NCBI GenBank assembly: GCA_963793265.1
Contig: CAWBZI010000001.1
Span: 256,001 to 320,000, forward strand
Origin: an uncultured cyanobacterium
Lineage (GTDB): Bacteria > Cyanobacteriota > Cyanobacteriia > Phormidesmidales > Phormidesmidaceae
Length of the DNA stretch: 64,000 nucleotides
Direction: 5' to 3'
Each line of letters starts with the position of its first letter. Position 1 is the first letter of the stretch. A program made the position numbers and the translations under genes. The notes under the pieces are model-generated. The model saw only the letters and a program-made list of their open reading frames with translations. It had not been told where the DNA came from and ran no database searches. Positions 47,657 to 57,467 of the stretch are shown here, piece after piece.

Positions 47657-49168
47657 GTGAGCCAGAAAGAAATTACGTTGCCTGTTAAGCCTCAGCCTAG
47701 CCACAGTCGTAATCGTAGCTATGCGGCTTATGCGATCGCACTCACCTTCATCCTGCTCGCACTCGGCCGATTTGTGAACCTCACCGCTGACTTTCCCAAC
47801 GGGCTCACTAGCTACGGCGCAACCTACACAGACGAGGGCTGGTGGTCACGAAATGCGGTTGCTCTCGTCAGAGAAGGCAACTGGTATATAGACGACGGCT
47901 ACAATACGATTTTGAATTTGCCGACCGTGCCGCTGCTGCAAACGCTGTGGTTTAAGGCTTTTGGGGTGTCGCAAGCGGCGGCTAGAGCGCTAACGGCGAC
48001 CTGTTCTGTAATAGTGAGCGCGCTGGTATATGCGATCGCCCGCCGCGAACTCAAACCCTCTCTAGCCTGGATCGCGCCTTTCATCATTCTCAGCAGCTAT
48101 CCAGTCTTTGCCTTTAGCCGCATTGCCCTGCTCGAAATGCCGATGATGGTACTGGTGCTGCTGAGTTTGTGGCTGGCAACGGTGCCGAATATGCGAGCGA
48201 TCGCACTCTCTGCGGGCCTAATTACCCTCGCGATTCTGGCAAAAACAACGGCGCTGTTTGCGTTACCCATGATTGCAATTCTCACGGCGCTACAGCCTGG
48301 CCCAATGCGGCAAAAGAGTCAGCGCATTTCAATATGGCTAGGCTGTTTTGCTGTGGCCTACGGCTGCTACCATCTCTTTTGGGCTCCCGAAGCATCACCT
48401 AGCTACCTGTACTTTGAGCGGTACAACGTCAGCTCTAAGATCCATAGAAGCTGGTTCTCTGCTTTTAAAGGGCCGTTGCGGGTGCTTAAGTACTGCTTCC
48501 AAACGTTTCCTATTCTGTTTCCATTGCTGGCAGTTTGTGCGATCGCTCTAGCCAAAATTAAAAAATACCGCACCAGCTATCTTGTTCAAATTATTGTTCT
48601 ATGGAGCGTTTTATTCTTAGGCGGACTCTCTGTTAGCAACTATGCCGCACCCAGATACTTTATTATTCTTATTGTGCCGATTGCGCTCTCAATTCCAGTC
48701 ACGCTAAACTACTTGTTCTCTCGATCTGACAAGGGAAAAATAGTCTTCCTGAGCGCGGTTTTACTTTCGGTTGTCATCAGCCTTTTTCGGATTTCTAGCT
48801 ACCTATACAGTCCCAGCTACAGCTTTATCAACATGGCCCAGCAGGTAGAAGCCTACGTCGCATCAAACCCTGACCATCCGCCTACTTTGATGGGCCACTT
48901 TGCCGACTCCATAGCCCTTGCAACAGACGTAAAAGCCATTAACGACGAAATGGGCTTTCAAAGCTTGCCCTATCGGATCGAAAGGTTTAATCCGGGCTAC
49001 TACCTTTCGATTGGAGCCGTCAAAGAGCCCATAGCAGCGATCTTGCAAGAGTACTACCAGCTAAAGCTTATTGAAACTTTTGATGTTTATGAAAACTACG
49101 ACTACGGCAAAGCTGTTTTCTTCTATGAGCTAACGCCCAACGAGTCGAGGCATATGGTAGAGAAGTAA
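47657..49168 (+). CDS. ArnT/PMT-like GT-C membrane glycosyltransferase
   Basis: DEG motif in the first periplasmic loop, FGVS...AR, SRIALLE, LAK, PRYF; many TMs. Confidence 0.8.
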   Translation: MSQKEITLPVKPQPSHSRNRSYAAYAIALTFILLALGRFVNLTADFPNGLTSYGATYTDEGWWSRNAVALVREGNWYIDDGYNTILNLPTVPLLQTLWFKAFGVSQAAARALTATCSVIVSALVYAIARRELKPSLAWIAPFIILSSYPVFAFSRIALLEMPMMVLVLLSLWLATVPNMRAIALSAGLITLAILAKTTALFALPMIAILTALQPGPMRQKSQRISIWLGCFAVAYGCYHLFWAPEASPSYLYFERYNVSSKIHRSWFSAFKGPLRVLKYCFQTFPILFPLLAVCAIALAKIKKYRTSYLVQIIVLWSVLFLGGLSVSNYAAPRYFIILIVPIALSIPVTLNYLFSRSDKGKIVFLSAVLLSVVISLFRISSYLYSPSYSFINMAQQVEAYVASNPDHPPTLMGHFADSIALATDVKAINDEMGFQSLPYRIERFNPGYYLSIGAVKEPIAAILQEYYQLKLIETFDVYENYDYGKAVFFYELTPNESRHMVEK

Positions 49169-49201
49169 GCGATCACTTTAACAGGTCTTATGCAAAAGAA
49201 T

Positions 49202-49387
49202 TTAGAGATAAGTTAGCAGCGTTAGCACGCCGATAGCCAAGACGGGAAACAGCACGCCGCACGCAGTCGAGTAGTAAAGAGAACTCGTCTTCCTTTTGCT
49301 CGTCCAGTTATTCACAAAATCACCCGCAAAATCAGCGGCCAGCCTCTCCGTTAAGTTTGCCATTGAATCATTCGATAAGTTGTTCAT
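49202..49387 (-). CDS. Small hypothetical protein with a C-terminal TM
   Basis: 61 aa, GAGG upstream, hydrophobic C-terminus; no recognised family. Confidence 0.45.
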   Translation of the reverse strand: MNNLSNDSMANLTERLAADFAGDFVNNWTSKRKTSSLYYSTACGVLFPVLAIGVLTLLTYL

Positions 49388-49571
49388 AAGCGCCTCTATG
49401 TGTTTATTAACTCTATGTGTTTATTAAACTGTCGCATTCTTCACAGATCGATTGCCTCGCAAAAGCCCGGCCACTCACGTTTTTATACGCCTCTAACCTT
49501 ACACGCTAAAGGTTAACTGAAGGGTAAGATATGCGATTATCCAAGTGCGTTAGTTAAACAGAATTTACTCT

Positions 49572-49601
49572 CATAACTTGTTCATAACCTTCTCTTTACC
49601 T
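49572..49601 (+). promoter_or_regulatory. Cyanobacterial Pho box (SphR/PhoB site)
   Basis: CATAACTT-N3-CATAACCT-N3-CTTTACCT with an 11-bp period, matching the CTTAACCT-type consensus, about 110 bp upstream of a phosphatase gene. Confidence 0.75.
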
Positions 49602-49713
49602 ACAGGTCAAAAAACTTTGATAGAAGTAGTAGGCCGCTGACAAATCAGCAGCGAAAAACGGGTGCATGGCTTGCATATTAGGCATCGTCATCTTGGATTT
49701 ATAGATAAAGGTT

Positions 49714-52700
49714 ATGACCCCCTCTCTACAAAGAATTGGTAGCTTTACTAGCACCACAGGCGCTGAGATTTCTGCTTACGATAGCATTCGTCAACTGCTA
49801 TACGTCGTCTCGGGAAACACAACGCTTCAAGCTATTGATATTAGTGACCCTACCACGCCTGTCGAAGTTCTCTCGTTTGATATTGCCCGGCTTGATCAGC
49901 CCATAGCAGGAGCGAACAGCATTGCCTTTAAAGATGGATTTGTTGCCGTTGCGCTTGAAGCTGAAGTGCAAACTGATCCGGGCGCGGTTGCGCTAGTCGA
50001 TGTGGCTGTAGCTGGGGCCGCTCTTGCCAGCGGCGGTGACATTTTAGACGCTATTAAGGTGTTCACGGTTGGCGCGCTGCCTGACATGGTGACCTTTACA
50101 CCCGATGGCTCTAAAATTTTAGTGGCTAATGAAGGCGAGCCCGAGGATGGGATTGATCCAGATGGATCGGTCGGCATTATTGATATTTCGGGTGACTTTG
50201 GTAGCCTCAGCCAGAGCGACGTGACGATTGTTGGTTTTGATCAGTTCAATGGTCAAGAAGCAGCCTTACGCACTGACGGCGTGAGAATTTTCCCAGATGC
50301 GACAGCGGCTCAGGATTTTGAGCCTGAGTATATTGCAGTCTCTTCTGATGGCACGAAAGCCTTTGTGACGCTGCAAGAGAATAATGCGATCGCTATTATC
50401 AACATCAACAGCGCCACCGTCGAAAGCATCAAAGCCTTAGGACTCAAAGATTACAGCCTGCCGGGTAATGGTTTGGATGCCAGCGATCGCGATGACGGCA
50501 TTAACATCAGCCCAGAGCCAGTATTCGGCCTGTATATGCCCGATGCGATCGCCTCATTCGAGGCTAACGGCGAAACCTTCTACCTGATCGCCAACGAAGG
50601 CGACGATCGCGGCGATGCCGACGAAGACGAGCGCGGCGACGCCATCCGACTTAAAGACCTAGCCGATGTTACCTCCTTTGGCCGCAGCGGCCTCACCCTC
50701 GACCCCAGCATTGACCCGGCCCTCCTCGCCGACGATCAGCTAGGCCGACTCGTCATCTCCTCAATCGACGGCGACACCGACGGCGACGGCGACATCGACC
50801 AAATCGTGGCCTACGGCGGTCGCTCCTTCTCTGTGCTTGACAGCGCAGGCAATATTATCTTTGACAGCGGCGACCAAATCGCTCAAATCACCGCTGCCCA
50901 AACCCCCGATCTCTTCAACGCCAATGACGGCGACCCCGAAGCAGTAGACACCCGCTCCGACAACAAAGGCGCAGAGCCCGAAGCCATCACAACTAGCGTG
51001 ATTGATGGTAAAACCTACGCCTTTGTTGGCCTAGAGCGAGCAGGCGGCGGCGTCTTAGTTTACGATCTTACCAACCCAAGCCAGCCCGAGTTTGTTCAAT
51101 ACGTTCGCAGCGACGAAGATATTGCCCCTGAAGGCTTTAGCTTTATCACGGCTGAGCAAAGCCCCACCGGCCAAGCTATCCTTTCAGTCGCTAATGAAGA
51201 ATCTAGTACTGTCGCGCTTTATCAGGTAGGCAATCAAGCTAGCGTAGAACCCTTCCAGCTACAGCTACTACACTTAGCCGACCAAGAGGCAGGCATTCCT
51301 GCTTTAGACGATATTCCACGCGCCTCTGCGGTAGTCAACGCGCTCAAAGACGACTTTGCCAATACGCTGCTGCTCTCTTCAGGCGATGCGTACATTCCAG
51401 GATTGTTCTTTTCTGCCAGTGAAGATGCCTACGGTGGCGCGGGCCGAGCCGATATTCTTATTCAAAACGAACTGGGCGTTCAGGCGATCGCCTTTGGCAA
51501 CCACGAATTCGACCTTGGCACCGAGACTATTCAAGATTTGATCGCAGGCGCTCAAGACGATCCCGAAACCCTCGGTATTGACGAATCATTTATCGGCACC
51601 CTGTTCCCCTACCTCAGCAGCAACCTCGACTTCAGCACCTCCGAAGCGCTCGCGGGTCTAGTCGTTCCTGACGACCAGGCTCCATCACCCAACAGCATCG
51701 CCGCGACGACTGTGATCGATGTGAACGGTGAAAAAGTAGGCGTCGTTGGGGCCACCACGCCGACGCTGCCCGCTATCTCTAGTCCAGAAGATGTCACTGT
51801 GCTGCCGCTAGCGTTTGACGGCGCGCCCACAGACGCTCAGCTAGACGCTTTAGCCGCTGAAATTCAAACCGACGTAGACGAACTGCTCGCGGCTAATCCT
51901 GGACTCAACAAAGTTGTTGTGCTAGCGCATATGCAGCAAATTTCGATTGAGCAAGCGCTGGCTACTCGCCTGAAAAATGTCGATGTCATTGTTGCAGGCG
52001 GATCAAACACTCGCCTGGCCGACCAGAGCGATCGCCTGCGTCCGGGCGACACCGCTCAAGGTGAATACCCCATCTTCTCAACCGACGCCAACGGTGAGCC
52101 CATCGCCATCGTCAACACCGACGGCAACTACCAGTACATCGGTCGCCTGGTTGTGGACTTCGATGCTAGCGGCAACATCATCCCCGACAGCTATGATCCA
52201 GCCATCAGCGGCGTCTACGCTACCGACGAACAGGGCGTAGCTGACTTGAACGCTCAGGGATTAGTTGATCCTGAGATTCAACAGATTGTCGATACGCTAG
52301 AACAGGTAATTGTTGCTAAAGAAAGCAACGTTTTTGGCATCAGCAATGTGTACCTCAACGGTTTACGCGGCAGCGTTCGCACTCAAGAGACTAATTTGGG
52401 GAATCTGACTGCCGATGCTAACTTAGCGATCGCCAAACAAGCCGATGAATCGGTCGTGATCTCACTCAAAAACGGCGGCGGCATTCGCGATGACATCGGT
52501 CAGCTTATCGTGCCACCCGGCGGCACCAGCGAGCCCGAGCGGTTGCCCACCGAAGCGATTCCTGGGGTCAAGCCCGCAGGCGGCATCTCTGAAACCGACA
52601 TTGCCAATAGCCTAAGCTTTAACAACGGCCTGACGCTGCTGACCATTACCGCTGAAGAACTGTTGGCAGTACTTGAGTACGGAATTGCAGCTAGTACGCC

Positions 52701-53550
52701 AGATGACAGCAACACCCAGGGCCGGTTTCCACAGGTTGCTGGAATTGAGTTTAGCTTTGATTTGACGGCTGAAGCGGGCGATCGCGTCCAGTCTCTTGTC
52801 ATCCTCGACGAAGACGGTAGCGACGCCGAAGTGGTTGTTCAAAACAGCGAAATTGTCGGTGACCCTAGCCGCACCTTCCGCATGGTCACGCTCGGCTTTT
52901 TAGCCGACGGGGGCGACGGCTATCCTTTCCCCATGCGCGATGTGGTAGATCTCGATCAGCCAGACGACGCGGCCCGTACAGGCGTAGCTACCTTCGCCCC
53001 CGACGGCTCCGAACAAGACGCCCTCGCTGAATATCTCGCCGCCAACTTTGACGCAGACAATCCCCTCAACGAAGTGGATACTAGCCGCGCTGAAGACACC
53101 CGCATTCAAAATCTCGCCTTCCGCGAAGACACCGTAATTGACGGCGGCACTGGCGGTAATAATGGCAATGGCAGATTCTTTGGCGGTAGCGGTGACGATC
53201 TGTTGTTCGGCGGCAGCGGCAACGACATTCTGTTTGGAGAGTCTGGTGACGATATTCTCTTTGGTGAGGGTGGCAACGACTACCTACGCGGTGGAGCGGG
53301 CACCGATCTGCTCTTTGGTGGAGCCGGTACCGATATCTTTGCACTGGCCCCCGGCGAAGGCACCAATATCATTCTCGACTTCGCAGCAGGCGACCTGATT
53401 GGGTTAACGGGCGGGCTCACACTCGGGCAGATATATCGAGTGCAGTCGGGTGAGAACACTGTGATCGGCACCTATGCAGGTGAGTTGCTTTCTGTGGCGA
53501 TTGGCACCGATGTTGCTCAGTTTAGCGACGGCGCTTTTGTGATGGTGTAG
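49714..53550 (+). CDS. Alkaline phosphatase-type beta-propeller (choice-of-anchor I) + 5'-nucleotidase + RTX repeats
   Basis: VGALPDMVTFTPDG..ILVANEGEP, EPEYI, LQENNA, RSDNKGAEPE; then LLHLADQE, SSGD, GNHEFD, NGGGIR, GRFPQV; C-terminal GGxGxD repeats. Confidence 0.9.
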   Translation: MTPSLQRIGSFTSTTGAEISAYDSIRQLLYVVSGNTTLQAIDISDPTTPVEVLSFDIARLDQPIAGANSIAFKDGFVAVALEAEVQTDPGAVALVDVAVAGAALASGGDILDAIKVFTVGALPDMVTFTPDGSKILVANEGEPEDGIDPDGSVGIIDISGDFGSLSQSDVTIVGFDQFNGQEAALRTDGVRIFPDATAAQDFEPEYIAVSSDGTKAFVTLQENNAIAIININSATVESIKALGLKDYSLPGNGLDASDRDDGINISPEPVFGLYMPDAIASFEANGETFYLIANEGDDRGDADEDERGDAIRLKDLADVTSFGRSGLTLDPSIDPALLADDQLGRLVISSIDGDTDGDGDIDQIVAYGGRSFSVLDSAGNIIFDSGDQIAQITAAQTPDLFNANDGDPEAVDTRSDNKGAEPEAITTSVIDGKTYAFVGLERAGGGVLVYDLTNPSQPEFVQYVRSDEDIAPEGFSFITAEQSPTGQAILSVANEESSTVALYQVGNQASVEPFQLQLLHLADQEAGIPALDDIPRASAVVNALKDDFANTLLLSSGDAYIPGLFFSASEDAYGGAGRADILIQNELGVQAIAFGNHEFDLGTETIQDLIAGAQDDPETLGIDESFIGTLFPYLSSNLDFSTSEALAGLVVPDDQAPSPNSIAATTVIDVNGEKVGVVGATTPTLPAISSPEDVTVLPLAFDGAPTDAQLDALAAEIQTDVDELLAANPGLNKVVVLAHMQQISIEQALATRLKNVDVIVAGGSNTRLADQSDRLRPGDTAQGEYPIFSTDANGEPIAIVNTDGNYQYIGRLVVDFDASGNIIPDSYDPAISGVYATDEQGVADLNAQGLVDPEIQQIVDTLEQVIVAKESNVFGISNVYLNGLRGSVRTQETNLGNLTADANLAIAKQADESVVISLKNGGGIRDDIGQLIVPPGGTSEPERLPTEAIPGVKPAGGISETDIANSLSFNNGLTLLTITAEELLAVLEYGIAASTPDDSNTQGRFPQVAGIEFSFDLTAEAGDRVQSLVILDEDGSDAEVVVQNSEIVGDPSRTFRMVTLGFLADGGDGYPFPMRDVVDLDQPDDAARTGVATFAPDGSEQDALAEYLAANFDADNPLNEVDTSRAEDTRIQNLAFREDTVIDGGTGGNNGNGRFFGGSGDDLLFGGSGNDILFGESGDDILFGEGGNDYLRGGAGTDLLFGGAGTDIFALAPGEGTNIILDFAAGDLIGLTGGLTLGQIYRVQSGENTVIGTYAGELLSVAIGTDVAQFSDGAFVMV

Positions 53551-53563
53551 CTGCTCAGAGCAC

Positions 53564-53589
53564 GGGGGCATAGCGTGCTATGCCCCTAC
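53564..53589 (-). repeat. GTAG-type REP-like hairpin (GTAGGGGCATAGCACGCTATGCCCCC), possible terminator
   Basis: Palindrome just after the phosphatase stop codon. Confidence 0.6.
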
Positions 53590-53789
53590 ATCAATGCCGA
53601 TGGCTTTGCTAATTACACGATCTATCTCCTGCCGCCTGAAGCGTAAACCTTTCACGAGCTGATTCTTGCGCAGACTCAACCAGCCAATTATAGCAAACGG
53701 CGGATTGCATTCGTCGTTTGCTAGTCACTTAGCCTGTTGTAACTCAAGGGTTTTAGTCGAACTCTATGCCGTAAGCTAAGTGACCAAAG

Positions 53790-54071
53790 CTATAGTTTAT
53801 CCGTCACAATTTCTAAGGTGCCGCCGTCTTTCTTTGCTTCTAAAGGCTTAGCCGAAAGCATCGCTTCGATCAGGACTCGGGCGCAAGGTTCTGGAGAAAT
53901 GGAAGTGTGAGCGATCGCATCGCAAGCCGCCATCAGCTCAGGCACATCTGTTCTAAAAACTAAAAAGTGAACTCGCCCAGAAAGTCCCACATCTTCAACC
54001 TGCTGGTGCAGCACCTCAATTAGCACATGCTGCCCTTCCCAAAGAGACAACCGGCTAAAGTGCCCAAACAC
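53790..54071 (-). pseudogene. Decayed GT4 glycosyltransferase fragment
   Basis: GHFSRLSLWEGQHVLIE, FRTDVPELMAACD, PEPCARVLIEAML. C-terminal domain only, with an apparent internal deletion and a premature stop. Confidence 0.8.
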
Positions 54072-54386
54072 AAATTTATCTTATAAACCCATATATCCAT
54101 ACCGCTCTTTTTCTGATGTACCGGGTATAGCCGTCTGCGCAATTGCATCGCTGGGCGTTGTTGATAAGACCGTCGAAGCTGAGGCGGGTATAAAACATGG
54201 CCTTGCATTCATAACGAACGTACGTTCGTTAGAACTTAAAATCACTGGTATAGAACTCTCTCTTGTAGGGTGAGAAGGTTCTCGAAATCAATGTTTTTGT
54301 TTCCGAGTGTTGTAAGTTTCAGACAGTGCCTTCAGTTCACGTGAGCTTTTTCACTGGTTAAGAGCAACGGTAGTTCATGACATACC

Positions 54387-54480
54387 TTCGGGCTCACGAT
54401 GTCGCGCATTATACCAAACGGATAGGAATAGCGTTCGGGCTCACAATGTCGCACATTATACCGAACGGATAGGAATAGCT
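54387..54480. repeat. 47-bp tandem duplication (2 copies, 4 differences)
   Basis: TTCGGGCTCACRATGTCGCRCATTATACCRAACGGATAGGAATAGCK x2. Confidence 0.9.
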
Positions 54481-54985
54481 TTTTGACTAAGCATTGAGCG
54501 CTATTCCAAAAAAATATCAAGCTTTCATCAGAAAGAGACTAAAAATGTGAACTCAACCCAAAAAATATATCTCTCAAAGGCCCTATTTTAATAGCTTTCA
54601 GCCTTTCATTCAGGATCAAGTCGCAAGCCATACCTTTGTCGCTCTGCTATCTACGCATATTGGCTGAACTTTAAAGGCCAAACTTCATTTGAGCTACCAT
54701 CGGCTCTTCTACTTTAAAACTTAGATTCTTCAATTTCTTGTTTGTTTATAGTCAATTCTTATTGATATAACGTGCAAGTTCGCTTAAGCAAGAGAATTCA
54801 TGTTTTGTCCTAGAGAAGGTATAAGTGTATATGAGGCGTGAGAGAAATGTTCTCAGTGCAAGCTCCTCCGGTTTTTAGGTGATATCATGCCTTTTAGGTA
54901 TATATTTATTATCGACGTTCGTATTAATTACGTAGGTACTGACATGGCCGCATAAGTTTTCTAATAACTTATTAGGATAAAAATA

Positions 54986-56152
54986 ATGAGGATTTCAAAG
55001 CTAACATCGCGCGTTGTATCTTCGGCTACTCTATCTTCAGCTACTCTCAAGCTAGTTGCGTTTGTCTTGTGTTTCTGCTTGCCTACAAAGCTGGCGCTTG
55101 CATCAGACCAAAAAGATTATATAGTAGGCGTTCCTCAGGGTCTCTCTCAGCTTCCACAGATAGGCGAGCAAAATGTAAACAACAGTGTTCCTTTCTCTCG
55201 TAACGTCGCTAGTAGTGAATATCTGTTAGGAACAGGCGATCGCCTCAAGGTCAGCGTATTTAATGCTGATGACTACGGCGGCGAGTTTAGCGTGCTGTCG
55301 GGTGGGGTTTTAAATATCCCTTTGGTGGGAGAAGTGCCGGTTGCTGGGCTGACTATTCAACAGGCTTCGGATGTATTGTCTGCTCGAATGCGGGAATACG
55401 TGCGTCAGCCTAGAGTGACGGTCAGTTTGCTAGCAGCTCGCCCTTTACAGGTGGCTATAGCAGGAGAGATCAATCGCCCTGGTGCTTACACCCTCTCGGC
55501 GGAAGGGGCAGCTAGTGGCGAGAGCATTTCGGCCACGCCGACGCTCACTCAAGCGATTAGTCAAGCAGGCGGGATCACGCAGGCCGCCGACATTCGAGAT
55601 ATTGTAGTACGCCGCCAACAGGCTAGCGCTGCGGATGCTGTAGTCAGCGATCGCGAGATTAATGTCGATTTGTGGCAGCTCTTAAAAGAAGGACAGATTG
55701 ATGCTGATTTGCCTTTACAGCATGGCGATCGCATCATCATCCCAACCGCTATCGCCGTTAGCACCAGTGAAGCGGTCGATCTAGCCTCAGCCAGCTTTTC
55801 GCCCGATACAATTACCGTAAACGTTGTGGGTGAAGTTGAGAACCCAGGGGCGATACAGCTCTCTCCAAATGCGCCGATGAACCAGGCTATTCTAACAGCA
55901 GGCGGATTTAACCGGCGAGCCCGTCGCAGCAGCGTTAGCCTCATTCGACTAAACAACAACGGCACGGTAACGCAACAAGAAATTGACGTTAACTTTGATA
56001 GAGGGATTGATTTTGAGAGCAATCCTCCCCTTAGACCTAATGATACTGTTGTGGTTCGTACTAACGGGCTTAATCGGCTAACAGACACCCTGGGAACTGT
56101 GCTTTCTCCAATCAACAGTAGCTTCAGCCTTTTTCGACTGCTAGGACTGTAG
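54986..56152 (+). CDS. wza: Polysaccharide export protein (Wza/OPX)
   Basis: YLLGTGD, GEINRPG, GEVENPG, C-terminal amphipathic helix. Confidence 0.92.
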   Translation: MRISKLTSRVVSSATLSSATLKLVAFVLCFCLPTKLALASDQKDYIVGVPQGLSQLPQIGEQNVNNSVPFSRNVASSEYLLGTGDRLKVSVFNADDYGGEFSVLSGGVLNIPLVGEVPVAGLTIQQASDVLSARMREYVRQPRVTVSLLAARPLQVAIAGEINRPGAYTLSAEGAASGESISATPTLTQAISQAGGITQAADIRDIVVRRQQASAADAVVSDREINVDLWQLLKEGQIDADLPLQHGDRIIIPTAIAVSTSEAVDLASASFSPDTITVNVVGEVENPGAIQLSPNAPMNQAILTAGGFNRRARRSSVSLIRLNNNGTVTQQEIDVNFDRGIDFESNPPLRPNDTVVVRTNGLNRLTDTLGTVLSPINSSFSLFRLLGL

Positions 56153-56200
56153 ATCTAGGATCTGTATATCTAGGATCTGTATATCTAAGATCTGTAGATC
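56147..56200. repeat. 15-bp tandem repeat, about 3.6 copies (CTGTAKATCTARGAT), overlapping the wza stop
   Basis: Read directly from the sequence. Confidence 0.85.
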
Positions 56201-56274
56201 AGTAGTCTCCTATGCAAAAAAGAGACTTAGCAACGCATCAATCGATAAACAAGCGTAATTAATAAATAAGCGTT

Positions 56275-57417
56275 ATGAAAGCTGCATTAGTGCATGACTA
56301 TTTAACTCAAAAAGGCGGTGCAGAGCGCGTATTCAAGCTGCTTTGTCAACACTTCCCACTGGCAGACGTATACACGTCTCTCTATAGCGCTACGACCAGT
56401 ATTGATCTAGGTCAGCACCGGGCTATCCATACAACTCGACTTCAGGCCGTGCCAGGGGGTGCAAGGTATTTTAGACTGCTTGCACCGTTTTACTTTTCGG
56501 CTTTTGAGGCGTTAGATCTACAAGACTATGACTTGATTATTAGCAGTACGACTAGCTTTGCTAAGGCGGTTAAAAAGCGACCGGATGCGACGCACATATG
56601 CTTTTGCCACAACATTACTCGCTTTTTGTGGGATACCGATACCTATTTGCGTCAGTACCAAAACTACAAACGGCTTTATCCTCTAATCAATCCTGTTTTC
56701 TCTCGAATGCGAGAGATTGATCTCAAATACGCTCAAAATCCTGACTTTTATGTTGCTAATTCAAGTACGGTCGCTGCTCGTATTGAGCACGTCTATCGGC
56801 GTCCGGCAGTGGTGGTCAATTTCCCAATCGATGTGCCTAGCTTTCTTTTTAGTGAACAAAAAGACGACTTTTATCTGGTGTCTGCCAGGCTCATCAGCTA
56901 CAAGCGTATCGACATTATTGTTGAAGCTTTTAACTGGCTAGGACTGCCGCTGTTGATTATTGGCGATGGGCCTGAAAGAGAACATTTAGAGGCTAAGGCA
57001 CTTGATAATATTGCTTTTTTGGGTCATGTGAGTGATGCTGAGCGATCGCACTTAATGTCGCGCGCCCAGGCGGTTGTTGTCGCGGCGCTTGAGGACTACG
57101 GGCTAGTGCCGATAGAAGCCAATGCCAGTGGGACGCCCGTGATTGCCTATGGCGCTGGTGGCGTGCTAGACACTCAAGTCCCTGGAAAAACAGGCGTTTT
57201 CTTCAATCGTCAGTCGCCAGAGGCCATTCAGGCGGCAGTTACCGAGGCCGCTCAAATTCAATGGGACTACGCTGCCATTCGAGGCCATGCGGTAAGTCGT
57301 TTCTCAGAAGGCGTATTTTTTGAGCAGGTCGAGCAGCTGATTGAACGTGTACTGAGCCAGCCAAAGCATCTGGGGTTAGAGACAAAGAACGAAGCGCCAA
57401 GACTAGCAGCCCATTAG
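56275..57417 (+). CDS. Glycosyltransferase family 4
   Basis: ALVHDYL...GGAERV, RLISYKR, EDYGLVPIEANASGTPVIAY. Confidence 0.93.
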   Translation: MKAALVHDYLTQKGGAERVFKLLCQHFPLADVYTSLYSATTSIDLGQHRAIHTTRLQAVPGGARYFRLLAPFYFSAFEALDLQDYDLIISSTTSFAKAVKKRPDATHICFCHNITRFLWDTDTYLRQYQNYKRLYPLINPVFSRMREIDLKYAQNPDFYVANSSTVAARIEHVYRRPAVVVNFPIDVPSFLFSEQKDDFYLVSARLISYKRIDIIVEAFNWLGLPLLIIGDGPEREHLEAKALDNIAFLGHVSDAERSHLMSRAQAVVVAALEDYGLVPIEANASGTPVIAYGAGGVLDTQVPGKTGVFFNRQSPEAIQAAVTEAAQIQWDYAAIRGHAVSRFSEGVFFEQVEQLIERVLSQPKHLGLETKNEAPRLAAH

Positions 57418-57467
57418 AACAGCGACGGATAGAACAGCGACGGACAGTTATAGAAGGAGGAAGCACG

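Noticed and set aside
54387..54480. Mini-CRISPR
   Set aside because: Two directly adjacent 47-bp copies with no unique spacer.
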